Source of the DNA: an uncultured Candidatus Saccharibacteria bacterium
GTDB taxonomy: Bacteria > Patescibacteriota > Minisyncoccia > Phycocordibacterales > JACNGX01
Direction of reading: 5' to 3'
Length of the DNA: 58,657 bases
NCBI GenBank assembly: GCA_964621395.1
Contig: CAZULS010000002.1
Coordinates: 236,252-294,908, forward strand
Shown piece by piece: positions 49,463-58,657 of this stretch (within the stretch, counting starts at the first letter, position 1; each line of letters starts with the position of its first letter). Made by a program: the position numbers and the translations under genes. Under the pieces are notes generated by a model. It saw only the letters and a list, made by a program, of their open reading frames with translations. It ran no database searches and was not told the origin of the DNA.

Positions 49463-49846
49463 TTAACGACTTAAGAACCAAAAGTCGGCGCCCACACCAA
49501 GCCCGCTCATAATTGCGAACACAACCAACCAGGCCGCCAAGACAAGTACCAAGCCCAATGCGGCATATCCGAAGACCGTATGTGCTTTTTGGATACGACT
49601 TGGGTTTCCTCCTGCAGTGATATATAGGATACCTCCCCAAGCAAACAGCGCGGCAGCAACAAACGCAACAGTGTATGAGAAGAATCTGAGAATATTTCGT
49701 ACGAGAACAATGAGCTGATCAACATCACAATCAGGGCCATCACAGGGAATAAGGCCCCCTGCTGCATGAATCACAAAAGGAGAGACGAACATCAATACGC
49801 CGAGAAAATAAATACCAACTGTGTAGAAAGGATGTGTATTCATCAT
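49463..49846 (-). CDS. TrbC/VirB2-like pilin-family protein (paralog 1)
   Basis: 127 aa with the same architecture (TAGGNPSRIQKAH loop). Its start overlaps the stop of the upstream gene. Confidence 0.6.
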   Translation of the reverse strand: MMNTHPFYTVGIYFLGVLMFVSPFVIHAAGGLIPCDGPDCDVDQLIVLVRNILRFFSYTVAFVAAALFAWGGILYITAGGNPSRIQKAHTVFGYAALGLVLVLAAWLVVFAIMSGLGVGADFWFLSR

Positions 49847-49848
49847 AA

Positions 49849-51129
49849 TTAATATCCCGTTCCTGTTCCGGTTTGTCTGATAAGCGTTTGGAGGTCGCGT
49901 GTCAGTGTTCTCGATGCTTCGCTCACACGAGCGCGACCGGATGTAATCGATTCAACGACATCCTTGAGGATAGTATACGATGTTTCCGGCTGTGGGTCGA
50001 GCCAGCCGCGTGCGAAGAGTGCTGATTCATAATACACCTCCTTAAACGCATCTTCTTGAGAACCACCCAATAGAGACGTGCGCGCGGGGGCAACATTTAA
50101 GCTCTGCGCAAGCGAAGAGACCGCTTCTTCGCTTACAAAACCGGTTTGAACGTATTGCGCCCCGGGAAGATTATCGGTGTAGCGCGCGATGGCAACACCA
50201 ACAAGAGAACCATATGTGGTACGTGTTGGTATGCTTTGGAGCTGCGGAACGGTTGTCATGTCAATATCCAGGTGGGGATTTTGCATGACTATACCCGGCA
50301 ATTCGCTCGCATACCCAAAGTATATCGGTAGGTCACCGGCAACAAACATGTCCCTCGCTTCATCAAGTGATCTGTTCCATGTGTAGGTATCTTTGCCCGG
50401 ACGAGCAAATTCCGTGTAGAAACGCAACACTGATTCATCGGCACCATCAACAAACGACACTTCCAATCCATCGTCACTTATGTGAGTAATGTCACTTCCT
50501 GTTTGCAGAAGAAGGAGACTGAGAATATCTTTGGCGTGCGCAATATTCACAAATTCACCCAGTGCCACAGCCGGGGAAATAATCTCACCGGCATCAGTAT
50601 ATGACACCAACGTTTTCACATCGTCCACCAGCGCCGTCCAGTATTGCGGGGGTGTGGCAATATTCGCACTCGTAAATGCATCACGGTTCCAATACATCAC
50701 GAGCGGATCAACATACATCGGAAGCCCGAGTGCGCTGTCGCCATAGCGGAAGAGCTCTCCTTCTCGAATAAAAATATCTCTGAAGTCTCGCTCGGAAATC
50801 ATGTCGCTCGAGAGCGGATATACCTTATCGGAAAAACGCACAATCAACTCATGTGGCAAGAAAAATACATCGGGACCCTTTCCTCCGGCGAATGCTTCAA
50901 TGAGTTCGCTGACGTATGTAGACTCTGCTTTTTGTTCGTACGAAATGTTTATTTGATTTGTCTTTATCATATCAATCAGCGGACGAACATACTCGCTTTT
51001 TACTGTCCCCCATATCTCCACATCTCCTTTTGCTGATGTTGTGCTTTGTGGTGACATAACCAAGAACAACACACCTACGATGATGAAAAAGCCGAAGAGA
51101 ATACTGATGAAGAGTTTGAAATTTGTCAT
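49849..51129 (-). CDS. extracellular solute-binding protein-like (SBP family 1)
   Basis: An N-terminal TM/signal segment and an SBP-like pattern (GKGPDVFFLPHE). Confidence 0.55.
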   Translation of the reverse strand: MTNFKLFISILFGFFIIVGVLFLVMSPQSTTSAKGDVEIWGTVKSEYVRPLIDMIKTNQINISYEQKAESTYVSELIEAFAGGKGPDVFFLPHELIVRFSDKVYPLSSDMISERDFRDIFIREGELFRYGDSALGLPMYVDPLVMYWNRDAFTSANIATPPQYWTALVDDVKTLVSYTDAGEIISPAVALGEFVNIAHAKDILSLLLLQTGSDITHISDDGLEVSFVDGADESVLRFYTEFARPGKDTYTWNRSLDEARDMFVAGDLPIYFGYASELPGIVMQNPHLDIDMTTVPQLQSIPTRTTYGSLVGVAIARYTDNLPGAQYVQTGFVSEEAVSSLAQSLNVAPARTSLLGGSQEDAFKEVYYESALFARGWLDPQPETSYTILKDVVESITSGRARVSEASRTLTRDLQTLIRQTGTGTGY

Positions 51130-51202
51130 ATTCTTACGAATCTACAAATCGATACAAATCTACAAATGGTACGAATAATACAAATGCGTTTCTTTGAGGC
51201 AA

Positions 51203-51733
51203 CTACGCTGTCTTTTCAAAAATAAATCCATAATGATGCGTTCCTGCGTCGAATGATTCTTTCTCTGAAAAGCCTCCGCGAGAACACACCTCCTGCACGG
51301 CAGAGGGAGCCACAATTCTGTCCGGCTGCGGGCCGAGACCATTGAATGAATCTCTCCACTCAACAACAAGCACTCTCCCGCCGGGCTTGAGCACACGTCG
51401 CACCTCTTCGAAAAGAGCGCGCATGTCCTCAACCTGGAAAAGTACGTTGGAGAGAATGACCGCATCGACAACGCCATCGGGGATACTCGTACCTCCCTTC
51501 TCTTCAATATCACCCCAAAGCACCTTTATATTCGACACACCGGCATCGCGTGCTGTATTGGTAATACGAGAAAGGAGTGCGTCCTGTACCTCCACGGCGT
51601 ACACACTACCGTCTCTTCCCACCGCTTTTCCTGCGGCAATAGCGTAGGCGCCCGTACCGGCACCAAAATCAGCTACCTTCTCCCCTTCCTTTAAGTGGAG
51701 CCGTGCAACATTTTCTTCAGGATTGGCAAACAT
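51203..51733 (-). CDS. class I SAM-dependent methyltransferase
   Basis: Motif I VADFGAGTGAYA, followed by LKPGGRVLVVEW. Confidence 0.85.
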   Translation of the reverse strand: MFANPEENVARLHLKEGEKVADFGAGTGAYAIAAGKAVGRDGSVYAVEVQDALLSRITNTARDAGVSNIKVLWGDIEEKGGTSIPDGVVDAVILSNVLFQVEDMRALFEEVRRVLKPGGRVLVVEWRDSFNGLGPQPDRIVAPSAVQEVCSRGGFSEKESFDAGTHHYGFIFEKTA

Positions 51734-51828
51734 ATGTGATTACTATTATACATGATTTTGTTTGTATGGGGGAGATATTGCGTTTGTGGATAGAAAAGCG
51801 GCGCGCCCTTCGGGCGCGCCGCTTTTCT

Positions 51829-52347
51829 TTACCTATCACTTCTATCTTTGGGATATATAATTATAATTTGCCGAATAATCATTTCATCCCAAGATTTAAT
51901 ATACGAACCAGTAAAATCAAACCACACTTTCATGAAATCACCTCTTTTGATTTTACGTATGCCACCGATTTCAGGGTCTTGTAGAAAAATATATTCACTG
52001 TCCAATCCACATACTACTGAGTAGTGACCGTCGGCAACAGTAGAGTCAGAATAATCTGTTCGTCCACGTGTAAACCAATTCACAATAACCGGAATATCTT
52101 TCTTGAGCAATTCTTCAATATCACCGAATGATGCTTTGTCTTTGATAGTTGTCTCAAACCCGAGTGTTTGTGCAGCGTTAACAATATCTCTATCGGAAAC
52201 ACCAAGCTCCTCATCGACACCACACATATCTGCCAATTCCTTCTCTGTTTTTTTGATCCCAAAATATTCAGCGACAATCTTCAAAGAAGCAGGTCCACAC
52301 ATACCGGCATAAAGTGTTTCTTGGAACGGTTGTACATTGAGCATCAT
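51829..52347 (-). CDS. peptidase C39-like cysteine protease domain protein
   Basis: The catalytic-type motifs GMCGPASLKIVAEYFG and DGHYSVV. The start was set at MMLNVQPF. The track extension to 52419 lies in repeats. Confidence 0.65.
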   Translation of the reverse strand: MMLNVQPFQETLYAGMCGPASLKIVAEYFGIKKTEKELADMCGVDEELGVSDRDIVNAAQTLGFETTIKDKASFGDIEELLKKDIPVIVNWFTRGRTDYSDSTVADGHYSVVCGLDSEYIFLQDPEIGGIRKIKRGDFMKVWFDFTGSYIKSWDEMIIRQIIIIYPKDRSDR

Positions 52348-52353
52348 ATTTTT

Positions 52354-52379
52354 GTCATTCCGGCCTCTGAGCCGGAATC
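52354..52379 (+). repeat. GTCAT hairpin (CCGGC class)
   Basis: GTCATTCCGGCCTCTGAGCCGGAATC. Confidence 0.8.
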
Positions 52380-52403
52380 TAGATTTATTATATTTGTCCT
52401 CTG

Positions 52404-52471
52404 GATCCCGCATCACCAAGCACCATTTTCACTAAAGTGAAAAAAGTGCTCGGCAAAGAGTGCGGGATGAC
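52404..52471 (-). repeat. R68 repeat copy
   Basis: The rc matches 39239-39306 and 56377-56444. Confidence 0.75.
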
Positions 52472-52588
52472 AGCGTAAGAGGACTATAATTTCTCAGGCG
52501 CGGCGTCCCACTTCGCTCAAGCTCCGACGGGACACATAAGCCGTGCCTGTATACATATTTCATTTTTCGTATTTCTAATTTCTACTGT

Positions 52589-52617
52589 GGCCGAGCACAA
52601 TTTGTCGTGCTTTAGGC
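52589..52617 (+). repeat. S-hairpin repeat
   Basis: GGCCGAGCACAATTTGTCGTGCTTTAGGC, directly 3' of the gyrA stop. Confidence 0.65.
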
Positions 52618-52625
52618 ATCTTTTT

Positions 52626-55160
52626 CTACTCCCCCGTATTCTCCTCCACATCACTCTTTAAAAGCACTACCGACGCGATTGAATCACCCGCGCGGAGCTT
52701 CATGATGCGCACGCCTTGTGTTTGGCGTCCGAGCGACGGAATGTCAGACACAGCCGTGCGAATCACCTGTCCCTTTTTGGAAATCGCCACGATTTCCTCG
52801 GCATCCTCACGCACAATACGCGCCCCAATGAGATTTCCCGTCTTCTTCGTCACCTGCGCTGTCTTAATACCCGAACCACCGCGCTTCTGCGCCTTGTATT
52901 CGGTGAGCTTCGTCTTCTTTCCATATCCTTCGGAGCCCACCACGAGCAGCTCCTCGCTCTTTTCATCGTTGACCACGCCACTGCCGACAATCACTTCACC
53001 CTTACCAATCGTCATTGCTTTCACACCCGCCGCTGATCGTCCCATCACCCGCACATCACTCGAAGCAAAGCGAATCGACTTGCCACCATCGGTTACCACC
53101 ACCACGTCGTCCTCGTCGTGCACCGGAAGCACTGAGAGAAGCTCGTCTCCCTTCGCTAAGTTGATCGCAATCAAGCCACTGCGACGCACATCTTTAAAAC
53201 TCTCAGCCGCCACGCGCTTCGCCACACCCTGTTTGGTAATCATCATGAGCGACAAACCGTCCACCTCTTTCATCTCTTTTGGCATAGGAAGCACTGAGGT
53301 AATCTCCTCGCCATCCTCAAGCTGAAGGAAGTTGACAATGGCCTTTCCTTTCGTGGCTCGGCGCCCTTCAGGGATATCATACATCTTCACGCTGTAGACC
53401 TTACCGCGATCAGTGAAGAAGAGCAGATCGCTATGCGTGCTTGCCGAAAGGAATGAGAAAACAAAATCTTCTTCCTTGGTATTCATATCCACAACACCCA
53501 CACCCCCACGCTTCTGCGCCTTGTATTCAGAGGGATCCGTGCGCTTTACATAGCCACCACGCGTAAGCACCAACATCGCCATCTTCTCCTCCACCAAATC
53601 TTCCGGCGCCATAATCTTTGCCCCCGATTTCACCACGACAGTCTTGCGTTCGTCGCCAAATGCTTCACGCACCTCTTCAAGCTCGTCTTTCACCACACCC
53701 ATAAGCTTCTTCGCGCTCTTCAAAAGCCCCTGGAGATACTCAATGAGCTTCTTTTTCTCCTTGAGCTCATCTTCAATGGCCTTACGCTCAAGACCGGCAA
53801 GCTTCTGTAAACGCATTTCCAAAATCGCCGTTGCCTGCACGTCAGAGAACTTAAACTTCTTCATCAAGTTGGCATGCGCCGTCCCGGTATCTTTCGATGC
53901 CTTGATCACTTTAATCACCTCATCGATATGATCGAGTGCCTTTTTCAAGCCCTCCAAAATATGCGCGCGCTCCTGGGCTTTGCGCAAATCAAATTGCGTG
54001 CGGCGTGTTACCACTTCCTTGCGATGCTTCACAAATTCAGAAAGAAGGGACGTGAGCGAGAGTGTTTGTGGTACACCATCAACAAGCGCCACCATATTGT
54101 AATTAAAGGAAGATTCGAGCTCCGTGTATTTATAAATCTGATTGAGCACTTTCTGCGGCTGCGTACCTGTTTTAATATCCACCACCACACGAATGTCTTT
54201 CGCTGATTCATCACGCAGGCCCTTAATACCCTCCACCTTCTTATCACGCGCCAAATCTGCAATTTTCATGATGAGGTCTGCCTTATTCACTCTGTATGGC
54301 ACGGAAGAAATCACAATCTGGAATTGCCCTGCTTTTCCTTCCACAATCTCGGCGTGTCCGCGACACACCACACCACCGCGACCGGAAGCATACGCATGCT
54401 TAATGTCGGATGCTCCGAAGACATATCCGCCCGTGGGAAAATCAGGCCCCTTCACAAATTGCAGCAAGTCTTCTGTGGTTGCCTCGGGATTATCGATGAG
54501 GTGGGTTGTGGCATCAATGAGCTCGGTGAGATTGTGCGGCGGGATGTTGGTCGCCATACCCACGGCGATGCCAAGGGTGCCGTTGGCAAGAAGCGCCGGA
54601 AATGCCGCAGGAAGGACTGTCGGCTCTTTGTGGGCACCGTCGTAATTGGGCACGAAATCCACCGTCTCTTTCTTGATATCACGAAGAAGTATTTCGGCTG
54701 TCTTTGCCATCTTTGCCTCAGTATAACGATATGCGGCGGCCGGATCACCATCAATAGAACCAAAGTTACCCTGGCCAATCACAAGTGGATAACGATATGA
54801 GAAATCCTGCGCCATTTTCACCATTGATTCATACACGGCAACGTCACCATGTGGGTGATATTTACCGAGTACGTCTCCCACGATAAGAGCCGACTTACGA
54901 AACTTCGCACCGGGTGTGAGCCCGAGACCTTCCATGGCATAGAGAATACGGCGATGTACCGGCTTCAAACCATCACGCACATCAGGAAGTGCGCGCGAAA
55001 CAATCACGCTCATGGCGTAATCAAGATATGAAGAACGCATTGCCGAAGAGATATCGGTTGCCACCACACGGCCGCCTTGCTCGGGAGCAGGAGATGCGGT
55101 GTCTTTAGTGTTGTCCTTCGGAGCATCCTCCGAAGCGGATTGTTTCTTCTTTGATGGCAT
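52626..55160 (-). CDS. gyrA: DNA gyrase subunit A
   Basis: [12 protein letters not shown], the YHPHGD motif, and a C-terminal beta-pinwheel repeat region. Confidence 0.97.
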   Translation of the reverse strand: MPSKKKQSASEDAPKDNTKDTASPAPEQGGRVVATDISSAMRSSYLDYAMSVIVSRALPDVRDGLKPVHRRILYAMEGLGLTPGAKFRKSALIVGDVLGKYHPHGDVAVYESMVKMAQDFSYRYPLVIGQGNFGSIDGDPAAAYRYTEAKMAKTAEILLRDIKKETVDFVPNYDGAHKEPTVLPAAFPALLANGTLGIAVGMATNIPPHNLTELIDATTHLIDNPEATTEDLLQFVKGPDFPTGGYVFGASDIKHAYASGRGGVVCRGHAEIVEGKAGQFQIVISSVPYRVNKADLIMKIADLARDKKVEGIKGLRDESAKDIRVVVDIKTGTQPQKVLNQIYKYTELESSFNYNMVALVDGVPQTLSLTSLLSEFVKHRKEVVTRRTQFDLRKAQERAHILEGLKKALDHIDEVIKVIKASKDTGTAHANLMKKFKFSDVQATAILEMRLQKLAGLERKAIEDELKEKKKLIEYLQGLLKSAKKLMGVVKDELEEVREAFGDERKTVVVKSGAKIMAPEDLVEEKMAMLVLTRGGYVKRTDPSEYKAQKRGGVGVVDMNTKEEDFVFSFLSASTHSDLLFFTDRGKVYSVKMYDIPEGRRATKGKAIVNFLQLEDGEEITSVLPMPKEMKEVDGLSLMMITKQGVAKRVAAESFKDVRRSGLIAINLAKGDELLSVLPVHDEDDVVVVTDGGKSIRFASSDVRVMGRSAAGVKAMTIGKGEVIVGSGVVNDEKSEELLVVGSEGYGKKTKLTEYKAQKRGGSGIKTAQVTKKTGNLIGARIVREDAEEIVAISKKGQVIRTAVSDIPSLGRQTQGVRIMKLRAGDSIASVVLLKSDVEENTGE

Positions 55161-55213
55161 ACGTTAGGAGAATAGGAGATTAAAAGTTAAATGTTAAGAA
55201 CGAAAATCGAGGA

Positions 55214-55263
55214 GCGCCCAAGGTTAAACCTTGGTATGAATACCAAGGTTTAACCTTGGGCGC
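55214..55263. repeat. 50-bp compound palindrome (CCAAGG..CCTTGG class)
   Basis: GCGCCCAAGGTTAAACCTTGGTAT-GA-ATACCAAGGTTTAACCTTGGGCGC. Confidence 0.85.
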
Positions 55264-55274
55264 TCCCATACATT

Positions 55275-55299
55275 GTCATTCCCAACTCGATTGGGAATC
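55275..55299 (+). repeat. GTCAT hairpin (CCCAA class)
   Basis: GTCATTCCCAACTCGATTGGGAATC. Confidence 0.8.
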
Positions 55300-55437
55300 T
55301 TCACAAATAACCCCCACATTATACCAAAAATCCCCCATTTCTGCGCTATTGACTTATACAACTATATATTATATCATGCATTCAGATTTGCCCCTTTCTT
55401 TCAAACGAACCGTTCAAAACACTTTCAGGAGAACATT

Positions 55438-55908
55438 ATGCCAATGAAACGAATTCTTCAGATGTCTCAAAAAGAACTGCGAGACACATTCGCACGTGCC
55501 GGACTCATTCAAATAAGAATGGCCGCCCTAAAGGAGCTCGACCCACTCGACGATAAATCACTTATGGTGATGAAGTCTTTCATCCTTGATGAGAGTGAGT
55601 CACCGGGACTGAGGCTAGAAACTATCTTTAAGATAGTAGAAAAGATTACGGATGTGGAACTCGTCAGAAACATCCTTTTGGGGTTCTATGAAATAATCGA
55701 TCCGCTCATTTCTCAGAAAGTACGTGAGATGCTTGAATTAACGTATGGACCAGATTCTTTTCCTGAAGAAGACGATCCTGATGGCGTTGAATCAAGCCTC
55801 TACGAAAATCTTATGTACCAAAGAGAGTATAAGCGTCCCGATACACGAGCAGACTTATCCTTGGGTCAGAAAATTGTAACCACGTATTTTGAACCTAAAG
55901 ATGCATAA
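55438..55908 (+). CDS. hypothetical helical-repeat protein
   Basis: The start at MPMKRILQ is preceded by CAGGAGAAC. The track ORF start at 55273 lies in a repeat. Confidence 0.5.
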   Translation: MPMKRILQMSQKELRDTFARAGLIQIRMAALKELDPLDDKSLMVMKSFILDESESPGLRLETIFKIVEKITDVELVRNILLGFYEIIDPLISQKVREMLELTYGPDSFPEEDDPDGVESSLYENLMYQREYKRPDTRADLSLGQKIVTTYFEPKDA

Positions 55909-55933
55909 CATCGCATCTGACGTTTTATTTATG

Positions 55934-55960
55934 AAGCCGTTGGTAACACAACGGCTTTTT
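55934..55960 (+). terminator. rho-independent terminator candidate
   Basis: AAGCCGTTGGTAACACAACGGCTTTTT. Confidence 0.6.
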
Positions 55961-56051
55961 ATATCCACACCGACGTGGACATTTCATGCCCACGCTGTTT
56001 TTACTGACTAACAACTACCAACCTCACGTCGCTAAAGCTCTGCGAGGCATG

Positions 56052-56318
56052 CTAAAAACTAAAAACTTTACTTGTGATATCCCCCCATCCAATCCCGACA
56101 TAATACAGTACATCATTGGCAGCGTCTTTCCCTGCTTCATAGAATTCCATGTGCACACCTGACTCTTCTTTCTGCTCCTCTACCTTTTCTTCCGCTAAAA
56201 GCGAGGAGACAGTAAAACTCCCGCCGATAATGACAACGGTGAGCACAAGCGCTGTCCCCAGCGCAATACGCTTTCGCGAAGATTCGGGTAAATTTTGAAT
56301 GTTCTCTAGAAAGGACAT
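56052..56318 (-). CDS. hypothetical membrane-anchored protein
   Basis: The start was set at MSFLENIQ. One TM helix is present. Confidence 0.45.
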   Translation of the reverse strand: MSFLENIQNLPESSRKRIALGTALVLTVVIIGGSFTVSSLLAEEKVEEQKEESGVHMEFYEAGKDAANDVLYYVGIGWGDITSKVFSF

Positions 56319-56376
56319 GGGAAACGAATTACAAATAGATACAAATATACATATTACAAATATCGCTCTATTGGCT

Positions 56377-56444
56377 GTCATCCTGTACTCTTTGTCGAGC
56401 ACTTTTTTCACTTTAGTGAAAATGGTGCTTGGTGATGCGGGATC
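56377..56444 (+). repeat. R68 repeat copy
   Basis: GTCATCCTGTAC..GAGCACTTTTTTCACTTTAGTGAAAATGGTGCTTGGTGATGCGGGATC. Confidence 0.75.
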
Positions 56445-56447
56445 TTA

Positions 56448-56499
56448 CAAAACCAAAGACTATCTTTGGTATGCATACCAAAGATAGTCTTTGGTTTTG
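56448..56499. repeat. P52 compound palindrome, copy 5 (centre GC)
   Basis: Same arms as the other P52 copies. Confidence 0.9.
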
Positions 56500-56642
56500 T
56501 TCGCAATCCACTTTTCGGAACGATTCTTTCGAGACCGAGCACCAAACCTATGTGTTTAGAAATCAGATATGTCATCCTCAGTGATGTTACTTCTTAACCT
56601 CCTCCGCGCCATCTTAGTCATACGTTTGGTGCTTGGTGACAG
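56500..56642 (-). repeat. M140 module, copy d
   Basis: The rc aligns to 11719-11861. Confidence 0.8.
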
Positions 56643-56681
56643 CGTAGCTGTCTTTATCGTTCATCGTTTATAGTTTACCGC

Positions 56682-56710
56682 GCCCGAGCACGACTTGTCG
56701 TGCTTTAGGC
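56682..56710 (+). repeat. S-hairpin repeat overlapping the stop codon of the 56705 gene
   Basis: GCCCGAGCACGACTTGTCGTGCTTTAGGC. Confidence 0.7.
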
Positions 56711-57337
56711 CTTACTCGCCTTGAGCACAATCACCTCCCCTTCCATAGCGCTCACATCTTTTTTCTTGAGTGTTGCTTTCTCCACCGCCTTCACCCCTTC
56801 AGCACCGGCTTCTTTGAGAAAGGTCTTCAGCATTGCCGCATCGGTATCGACGGGAATAATTACACTGGCGCCGAGCTTGGTAGCAAGCTTGTGTGCAGCA
56901 TTCGGCGCAAGAAGATCACCGTCACCCACAGGTGTAATCAAAATATCCACATCCTCACCAATTCCCTCATATACTTCCGGTGAAAGCTCGTTGGAGGAAA
57001 GTGCGCCCAAGACAACCACATTCATCTGCTCAAGTGAGATGCGATATACGGTGTTGATGTATGAATCTTTGCTGAGCTTTGTTTCAGACGGCATCCCCTT
57101 CACATACACACCGCTCACTTCATACTCCCCCGGACCGGAAATCACAAACGGCTCTTTATCGCCGTAGCGCACACTGTCCACGCCGTTGTAATCGGGATGC
57201 GGCACCGACGAAAGCGCCACATCAGCGCCAAAACGAGCACCGGAAAGCTTGGAATCTTTGCTGATGGGATTCACCGCGATAACCGTATCGCCAAGCTGAA
57301 TACGAATAAACTGTTTGTCGTAATATGTGATAATCAT
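56705..57337 (-). CDS. MBL-fold (UPF0173-like) hydrolase
   Basis: The N-terminal MIITYYDKQFIRIQLGDTVIAVNP pattern. The metal-binding motif looks degenerate. Confidence 0.5.
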   Translation of the reverse strand: MIITYYDKQFIRIQLGDTVIAVNPISKDSKLSGARFGADVALSSVPHPDYNGVDSVRYGDKEPFVISGPGEYEVSGVYVKGMPSETKLSKDSYINTVYRISLEQMNVVVLGALSSNELSPEVYEGIGEDVDILITPVGDGDLLAPNAAHKLATKLGASVIIPVDTDAAMLKTFLKEAGAEGVKAVEKATLKKKDVSAMEGEVIVLKASKA

Positions 57338-57341
57338 GATG

Positions 57342-57529
57342 AGAACCTGGCTCAGTAAAAATGGCTTGCTCTCGTGTTCGTCATTCGTGCGAGACGCTGG
57401 CGCGGAGTGCGAAGCGTATTACAATACGGTGAGCGCGAGTGGCAAGTCGCAGCCGAATGGCGGACGCGAGAGTTGCCAAATGAAACCATAGATTATGTAT
57501 ATAAATGTTTTTTACTGATGCCAGGTTCT
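57342..57529 (-). mobile_element. R200 TIR element, copy D, 4 nt upstream of the 57337 start
   Basis: The rc has arms AGAACCTGGCATCAGTAAAAA / TTTTTACTGAGCCAGGTTCT and a shared interior (TTGGCAACTCTCGC..ATTCGGCTG..CTCGCACGAAT..CACGAGAGCAAGCCATTT). Confidence 0.7.
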
Positions 57530-57536
57530 AGTATAT

Positions 57537-57580
57537 CACACCGCGGATTTTGTGCATGCATGCACAAAATCCGCGGTGTG
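57537..57580. repeat. 44-bp perfect palindrome
   Basis: CACACCGCGGATTTTGTGCATG/CATGCACAAAATCCGCGGTGTG. Confidence 0.85.
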
Positions 57581-57654
57581 ATTAGGAGATTAGTAAATTA
57601 GGAGACTAGGAGATTAAAGAATAAGAATCTGAACCGTTTTTCAAAACATAACGC

Positions 57655-57667
57655 ATGAGGTGTGGCA
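57655..57667 (+). repeat. solitary TGAGGTGTGGCAT arm
   Basis: Identical to the right arm of the hairpins at 3301-3313 and 47693-47705. No partner arm is nearby. Confidence 0.5.
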
Positions 57668-57716
57668 TTGCCAGTACGTCAGTAAATCAGGAGGTTAGTA
57701 TAAAAAAATAAGCAGC

Positions 57717-57742
57717 AAAAAAGCCGGTCGTACTGACCGGCT
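57717..57742 (-). terminator. rho-independent terminator candidate
   Basis: AAAAAAGCCGGTCGTACTGACCGGCT, 3' of the stop at 57765. Confidence 0.6.
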
Positions 57743-57764
57743 CAACTTCATGAGAAAAGGAATA

Positions 57765-58556
57765 CTATTCACTCCCTGCAGCAGCAATAACATCAAGTGT
57801 CACTTTGCTATTACCGAGAAAGACATCCCTCCGTTCTGCTTCGTCCTTTGGCCAATGCCTGACCACATCTTCAATCATGTTCAGGCAGTCAATAAGAGGT
57901 GCGCAAACCGACTGGAGCCCGGCACTATAGATATCAGGGTCATCGTCCTCTGCGAGGAACGAAACTGTAAGCTCACCACCCTCAATCTTACGGGCAAAGG
58001 TAAACATGAGACGACCTGCCATAACAAACGTGCGAAGCTCGGTCTTTCCAAAGACTCCGCTCATTCCCCGTCCTCTTTCCTGCTGAATGATTTCATACAG
58101 ACCACAACGGTAGACTTCCCGAGCAAATTTATCAAAGAATTGCTGAAGTACATGCCCTTGGGCATTGAGATATGCATCACACGATGCCTCCATATAATTC
58201 CCGACAATGTCCTTGAGGAGAAATCCTATTGCTTGCGTTCTGAGTACACGATCAACGGTGTCACTCTCCCCGACAGCAAGCAGGCTCGGTACAGGCCTTT
58301 CTGTTTCCATTTCGTATGACTCCCTGAATACAGCAACCCATTCCTCGTCACTGTTCTTAAGGACATCAAATGCGTCGCCTGTAATCTGGGGAAGATAAGG
58401 GCTGACGTTATAGAAATCATATTTTTCGTCGTGATTAATCTTTAGGCGACGGAGATATTCGAGAAAAAATTGAAGGAATGGTTCATCTCCTTTTGTCCTG
58501 AATTCTCTTGTCGCAAGTGCGTTTTCGATTTTCTCGATGAGTTCTGCTTTTTTCAT
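57765..58556 (-). CDS. hypothetical protein
   Basis: 263-aa ORF in a repeat-free stretch. No motif recognised. Confidence 0.55.
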   Translation of the reverse strand: MKKAELIEKIENALATREFRTKGDEPFLQFFLEYLRRLKINHDEKYDFYNVSPYLPQITGDAFDVLKNSDEEWVAVFRESYEMETERPVPSLLAVGESDTVDRVLRTQAIGFLLKDIVGNYMEASCDAYLNAQGHVLQQFFDKFAREVYRCGLYEIIQQERGRGMSGVFGKTELRTFVMAGRLMFTFARKIEGGELTVSFLAEDDDPDIYSAGLQSVCAPLIDCLNMIEDVVRHWPKDEAERRDVFLGNSKVTLDVIAAAGSE

Positions 58557-58657
58557 TTTAATCCCATGATTTAAGGTTATGTAAAGAAATGCTGTAAATC
58601 AACTCCTCCCTACCTTTAAATACGAATTGATATAATCATTCGTATGAAAAACAAAAA

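Noticed and set aside
57342-57529. ORF 57374-57601 (75 aa) upstream of the MBL-hydrolase gene.
   Set aside because: It lies entirely within R200 copy D and the adjacent palindrome, and its translation is Arg/Cys/Trp-rich repeat read-through.

Overview
This is a 58.7-kb chromosomal segment that is gene-dense and mostly housekeeping. It probably comes from a small-genome, CPR/Patescibacteria-like bacterium. That placement is an inference from shortened UvrC, IF-2, RelA/SpoT and DnaX, and from a tandem array of TrbC/VirB2-like pilin paralogs. About 50 protein genes are supported. They include uvrC, uvrA and uvrB (all within 9 kb), ddl, tgt, csoR, a LOG-family gene, nuc, dnaX, dus, ftsQ, serS, dprA, hicAB, a NUDIX gene, topA, relA/spoT, parB, a peroxiredoxin, miaA, sod, infB, rbfA and gyrA. 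There is also one frameshifted surface-protein gene. RNA genes are 8 tRNAs (Pro-CGG, Pro-GGG, Gln-TTG, Leu-CAA, Cys-GCA, Leu-TAA, Leu-TAG, Lys-CTT) and an oversized RNase P RNA gene of about 720 nt. I found no rRNA, CRISPR array, cas gene, transposase, integrase, reverse transcriptase or phage gene. The unusual content is non-coding. Nearly every intergenic spacer is a mosaic of short repeat modules: GTCAT-headed REP-like hairpins with compensatory stems, compound palindromes, two MITE-like TIR families of about 185 and 200 bp, and word-like A/T-rich inverted arms. Copies of these modules sit inside the RNase P RNA gene and, in frame, inside the dus coding sequence. The most novel signal is a family of structured elements of about 160-290 nt attached to the 3' side of tRNA genes. 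Each carries a segment complementary to the T-arm of its own tRNA and a conserved covarying terminal hairpin, and is followed by a second direct copy of that tRNA from the T-loop onward. No associated enzyme gene lies in the window. Coordinates of non-CDS features were counted by eye and may be off by 1-2 nt.
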